Virus record (IMG/VR): IMGVR_UViG_3300035521_000126
Location: 52,105 to 72,104 of that record
Origin: an uncultured virus (IMG/VR IMGVR_UViG_3300035521_000126)
Taxonomy: Duplodnaviria > Heunggongvirae > Uroviricota > Caudoviricetes
Reading direction: 5' to 3' (one strand)
Length of the DNA: 20,000 nucleotides
Of the stretch, positions 16,048 through 20,000 are shown one piece after another (within the stretch, counting starts at the first letter, position 1; each line of letters opens with the position of its first letter). The notes beneath the pieces are model-generated. The model saw nothing but the letters and a program-made list of their open reading frames with translations, did not search any database and was not told where the DNA came from. The translations under genes were made by a program, and so were the position numbers.

Positions 16048-17307
16048 TTACATCTTATTGGCAATCTCCGCAATACGGCTACGATAAATCTTCTGCAATT
16101 CAACCTCGCCATAGATGTCCTCACCACGGAAAACCTCGGACATACGACGCATACCATTGTTGCTTCCCGCATACTGTGACATATCAACCTGAGTTTCATA
16201 GTCACCATCAATAATACAAATGCTATCAGAAGAAATTCTCTGTAATGCCAATTTCATAAGGGAAATATCAAGATTCTGAGCTTCAGTAATATACACGCCG
16301 CACTTTGTACCACGAGTATCAAATCCACGAATATCACACATAGGAAGAAGCTGAATCTTATGGTCATCAATAGCACGCTGTAATGCAATACTATCACCCA
16401 ACTTAGAAGTTAGCATAGTACCAATGGAGGCATCTGCCAACTTCTCGGAACGTGAGCCGGGGTAATAGCCGAGCTTTGCACTATTAATAGTTGCAACAGT
16501 ATTACAGAAAATGATAATAGTCTCAATCTTATGTTTTTCCAACAAAGAGAACAAATATGCCAGTGATAACAAACTCTTGCCAGTACCACTATCGCCCTTT
16601 ACCATGTTAATCTGGTTTGTACAAAGAGAATCAATGAAAATTTCCTGATAAATGTCCTTTGGCTTAATTTCGCCCTTTGCATCTCCAATGGTAGTAGTCT
16701 TTAAATTCTGGCGTTTAATTGCAACAAATTGAGTACCATTCCATTTCATAGCGTCAATTACAGAACCGTCAGGACGCTTCAAAATCAAATACTCATTCAT
16801 GATACAATTACAGAAATTATTATCTAAGTTCTGATAAATTTCAGCAAGAGCTTCATCGGAACTCACAATGACTTCTTCAAATCCTGTATATTTGTCATCT
16901 TCATTTTCTCTGATACCAAAAACAGGAAGCTCAAAAACATTCTTTGCGATATTTTTACAACTAATATCATCTGTAATAAAGTTTATAAACACGCCATCTT
17001 CTTGCTCTTTCTGATTATAAAGAAATGCTTCTGCAATAATAATATTATCAGGAGTACATTCAATTCCTTTATTAGAAAGTAATTCAAGAATTGCATTATA
17101 ATCAAAATTACAGACATAATAATTATCGTTATTGTCAAACAATCGAGCAAGTCTACGAGCCTTAAACTTCGTATCTTCGTCCTTGTGTCCAGAAGTTTTA
17201 ATATGCTCAATTTCTTCAAGAGTTTTATGAGAACAAACAAAAAAATCTTCAAAAGCCTTTTCTCCGAGATTTAATAGTGCGTTGGTGTCATAAAACTTTT
17301 CTACCAT
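16048..17307 (-). CDS. PIN-domain + PhoH ATPase fusion (PhoH2-like)
   Basis: PIN motifs YDTNAL, LEE, DNII and TDD. PhoH motifs GDSGTGKS, LGYYPG, IRG, TEAQN, GDYETQVD and RSRIA. Confidence 0.9.
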   Translation of the reverse strand: MVEKFYDTNALLNLGEKAFEDFFVCSHKTLEEIEHIKTSGHKDEDTKFKARRLARLFDNNDNYYVCNFDYNAILELLSNKGIECTPDNIIIAEAFLYNQKEQEDGVFINFITDDISCKNIAKNVFELPVFGIRENEDDKYTGFEEVIVSSDEALAEIYQNLDNNFCNCIMNEYLILKRPDGSVIDAMKWNGTQFVAIKRQNLKTTTIGDAKGEIKPKDIYQEIFIDSLCTNQINMVKGDSGTGKSLLSLAYLFSLLEKHKIETIIIFCNTVATINSAKLGYYPGSRSEKLADASIGTMLTSKLGDSIALQRAIDDHKIQLLPMCDIRGFDTRGTKCGVYITEAQNLDISLMKLALQRISSDSICIIDGDYETQVDMSQYAGSNNGMRRMSEVFRGEDIYGEVELQKIYRSRIAEIANKM

Positions 17308-17333
17308 ACATTCTATCCCCTTATTTTTATATT

Positions 17334-18248
17334 TTAATGTGATTCAACATCACAATAATGCAAATTTTGTACCTCTTCGTAAAAATCTTTACCCCACTTT
17401 TTCTCATACTTAGAACACTGCCCATTATTCCAGCCATAAGGCTTCATGTGCTGATTTACTAAGAAAAGAACGTGAAGTAATCCCTCTAAACTCAAATCAG
17501 AAAATTTCATGAACATACCGTCATACGCACTAATATTTTCGTGATTATAATAATGAGCTTCCTCAGTCTTTACACCGTCTCTATTACAAAATACCTTAGT
17601 CTTAGCTTTCCCAATATCATGAATCAATGCCGCATATCTCACATACTTGGAAAAATTATTCTTTTCTGCAATCTTATACGCCATTTTCATGTGTGAACCT
17701 AAAGACAAGGTATGATGGTGATTGTCCTGATTAAAGTCAGTCAAAGAATTTACAACTTCAACAGGGTCATAAGTTTCAAATTCAAGACCATTAACGAAAT
17801 TAATACTATCCCATCCCTCATTCCAATAAGGAATGTTAAAATTTTTGTACATACGATAAATTACATAATCAGGGACATCCTTTGACCGCATATGAGAACG
17901 GGCAATGCAATCATTGTACGAAGTGCGCATAATCATGCAGCTTGCATGAATCTTTCCGATACGCTTTTCAAGTCCTTTAACTCTTTGTAAGAGAGCTGTC
18001 CGATACCGAGAAGAAACATTACAAGCATCAAAGATTACGCTATTGCCACATTCAAGATTGACTTTAATACGTCTCTCTACTTCCTTAAAGACTTCCGAAT
18101 TATGGTCTTGATTTCCTTCGTCTCCATAAAATTCCTCACGAATTGCATCAGAAGAAATTACCACAAATCCTTCTTTTCTCCGCAAATTACAATAAGTAGA
18201 CTTGCCACTTGCAGGAAGTCCACACATCACAATAAACTGCAAAACCAT
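17334..18248 (-). CDS. Polynucleotide kinase (AAA_33) + HD phosphohydrolase fusion
   Basis: MCGLPASGKST, SSDAIR and FDACN, followed by HH...H, HDIGK, HYYNHE, HM and a terminal D (HD domain). Confidence 0.88.
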   Translation of the reverse strand: MVLQFIVMCGLPASGKSTYCNLRRKEGFVVISSDAIREEFYGDEGNQDHNSEVFKEVERRIKVNLECGNSVIFDACNVSSRYRTALLQRVKGLEKRIGKIHASCMIMRTSYNDCIARSHMRSKDVPDYVIYRMYKNFNIPYWNEGWDSINFVNGLEFETYDPVEVVNSLTDFNQDNHHHTLSLGSHMKMAYKIAEKNNFSKYVRYAALIHDIGKAKTKVFCNRDGVKTEEAHYYNHENISAYDGMFMKFSDLSLEGLLHVLFLVNQHMKPYGWNNGQCSKYEKKWGKDFYEEVQNLHYCDVESH

Positions 18249-18260
18249 TTCTATCCTCCT

Positions 18261-19547
18261 TTACTCAAAATTCGCCAATAATTTTACATCGTTATCAGTA
18301 GTTCCAAAACTACCATAAACTTTATAAAAAATGTTTGGATTTTGACCAATCATTTCTTCAAAAAAATTGTCAATACTACCAGTTTTGATATTATTACCGT
18401 CTTTATACTTTAGAATATTTCCATTTGTCTGGTCTAAATGGCTGATTGCTAAACTATAATCCCACCTAAAATCGCCAGTTTTTGGAAATTTTTCACGACA
18501 TTTACGAGAATCGGCAGCAATTCTTGTATACAAACTACTAGGACTAATTAAACCAAATTTTGGTTCTCCACACCATAAAGTTTTTACGTTAGTATCTTCT
18601 TTGATTTTATCCGAAATAAAAAATTTATTATATTCTTCAAATCTGCCAGTACCATACCTCATATTGTACCAACGGGAACAATAAATAACTTCAATGTCAT
18701 GGCTACAATCAAGTTCATTGTGAGCAATGTATTTATTGAAGAAATTAAGACCAGTATGATACGCACAGCAATCATCTACGCCATAAAAAGCAACAGAATT
18801 TCTCAAACCAAGAGAGCCTTCAAAAATAATATTTTTAAAATTATACAAAATGCAATACTCTCTTTTGTTAGAAACAAGTGTAAATACCGATGAATGAGTA
18901 GTTATATGACTAAGAAAAAACATTAAATCATCAATGTACTTGTCAAGGTTTGAATCACTATGCAAATACGAATAATTGTTTAGAATTTCAAGCACTCCAT
19001 TCGGAGCATTTTTAAGAACTATCTCATTGATATATCCGTCCCTTAATCCATGCAAATAGTTCTTAAAACTATCAACTGTCATATTAAGACAATCAGAAAC
19101 TTTCAGCCTATATTTTGCGTCTCCATTATTACGCTGAATAGTATTAGTGATTCCAAATCCACTTGTGCTTCTTTTTCCTTTATTATAATCATACAAAGTA
19201 CGACAAATAGCAACATCAAAAGGAGTGGTAATTCTGCAATTTTCATTTACATAAATAATTGGCGTTACACCAAGTTTTTCCAACTGCTCCCACTCGCTTC
19301 TAAACTCACTTGGATTAACAATAAATTCATCGGCAAGATAGGTAGGAGCGCCCTTTAACGTACCAGAACCAAAATGATGAAAAATATGGCGAATCCCATT
19401 ATGACAAACTGTGTGACCAGAATTTACTCCACCGTTACACCTCACAACAAGAGTATCTTTATCAGCGAAATAATTGACCATATGCCCGACACAAGAATTG
19501 CCATATCCAGAATCAAGAATAACTTTTACAAATCCAGTTCTTACCAT
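18261..19547 (-). CDS. Divergent adenylosuccinate synthetase (PurA) homologue with a degenerate active site
   Basis: RCNGGVNSGHTV, FHHFGSGTL, IVNP, ITTPFD, IFEGSLG, EDTN and ISHLD match PurA-family motifs. The P-loop GDEGKG reads GNSCVG here. Confidence 0.8.
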   Translation of the reverse strand: MVRTGFVKVILDSGYGNSCVGHMVNYFADKDTLVVRCNGGVNSGHTVCHNGIRHIFHHFGSGTLKGAPTYLADEFIVNPSEFRSEWEQLEKLGVTPIIYVNENCRITTPFDVAICRTLYDYNKGKRSTSGFGITNTIQRNNGDAKYRLKVSDCLNMTVDSFKNYLHGLRDGYINEIVLKNAPNGVLEILNNYSYLHSDSNLDKYIDDLMFFLSHITTHSSVFTLVSNKREYCILYNFKNIIFEGSLGLRNSVAFYGVDDCCAYHTGLNFFNKYIAHNELDCSHDIEVIYCSRWYNMRYGTGRFEEYNKFFISDKIKEDTNVKTLWCGEPKFGLISPSSLYTRIAADSRKCREKFPKTGDFRWDYSLAISHLDQTNGNILKYKDGNNIKTGSIDNFFEEMIGQNPNIFYKVYGSFGTTDNDVKLLANFE

Positions 19548-19585
19548 TTTGAATCTCCTATCTACTCAGCTTTATTTGTGCTTAT

Positions 19586-19614
19586 ATTATACCACACTTT
19601 CTATGTCTTGTCAA
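19586..19614 (-). promoter_or_regulatory. sigma70/sigmaA consensus promoter for the purA-like/PNK/PhoH/iscS operon
   Basis: TTGACA-AGACATAGAAAGTGTGG-TATAAT. The -35 element contains the upstream gene's TGA stop. Confidence 0.9.
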
Positions 19615-20000
19615 GTGTTTTCGTTCTTAAATTTTTCAAGATTGTACTCTCGAATAATATCATATGCAATTTGCATAATATCGTAATTTTTTCTGAATCC
19701 TTCGGCAGACCATTTGGCTTGTTCTATTACACCATCCTGAACCATTCTATCAATACTTTCTTTAACCCTACTTAAACCATTATCAACAGCGCTCAAAAAA
19801 CAAAGATTCAGTTTGATTTTTCTTAGAGTAACAGCTATTTTTTCTTCTACCCAAAATGGATTTTGTTTATTTTCTCTATAATAAGCAATATCCTTAAAAA
19901 GTTTGGCAGTTCTAATAGTAGAAGCAAATTTCTTACCGTCAAAACCATCTTTGTCTATTTTGATATAATTACGGTTTGTTCTCTTTTTAGTTTCTACAAT
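19611..20000 (-). CDS. C-terminal 129 aa of a gene entering from the right edge, possibly a Pol-beta-superfamily (Nuc-transf-like) nucleotidyltransferase
   Basis: The frame is open from 20000 to the TGA at 19611. GFDGKKFASTIR loosely resembles the GYDxKxxxHxxR motif. The product call is weak. Confidence 0.5.
   Translation of the reverse strand: MVETKKRTNRNYIKIDKDGFDGKKFASTIRTAKLFKDIAYYRENKQNPFWVEEKIAVTLRKIKLNLCFLSAVDNGLSRVKESIDRMVQDGVIEQAKWSAEGFRKNYDIMQIAYDIIREYNLEKFKNENT

Noticed and set aside
18261..19547. PurZ / Z-genome (2-aminoadenine) pathway
   Set aside because: The P-loop lacks the PurZ-type Ser plus GKG, the adjacent HD domain is fused to a polynucleotide kinase rather than being a stand-alone DatZ, and no MazZ is visible.
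177..19775. Plus-strand ORFs and nested alternate-frame minus-strand ORFs in the track
   Set aside because: They are shadows of well-supported minus-strand genes, with no recognisable motifs.

Overview
Segment of a large, AT-rich dsDNA phage genome, probably infecting a Firmicute (inferred from six perfect sigmaA-type promoters with TG extensions and strong Shine-Dalgarno sites). It uses the standard genetic code and every credible gene is on the minus strand. The left half is a replication/recombination module: DnaE polymerase (partial), a free-standing LAGLIDADG endonuclease, a T7-type primase-helicase, two N4/N6 DNA methyltransferases, a Cas4-like nuclease, SSB and an AAA_24/Sak4-like ATPase. 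The right half is accessory: an SLT-like protein, a ~600-nt non-coding RNA operon, a PAPS-reductase-family protein, a DUF2828-type (TROVE/Ro60-like, vWA) protein, cysteine desulfurase, PIN-PhoH, PNK-HD and a degenerate PurA homologue. The main candidate for a new system is one RNA motif (an AGRYRS/SYRTCT stem followed by ACAGCWA) found in three settings. It occurs as a stand-alone RNA, circularly permuted in place of the anticodon arm of a CCA-ending tRNA mimic, and around the ribosome-binding site of the DUF2828/vWA gene. This suggests a phage Ro60/Y-RNA-like ribonucleoprotein system with translational autoregulation, located next to RNA-repair-type genes.
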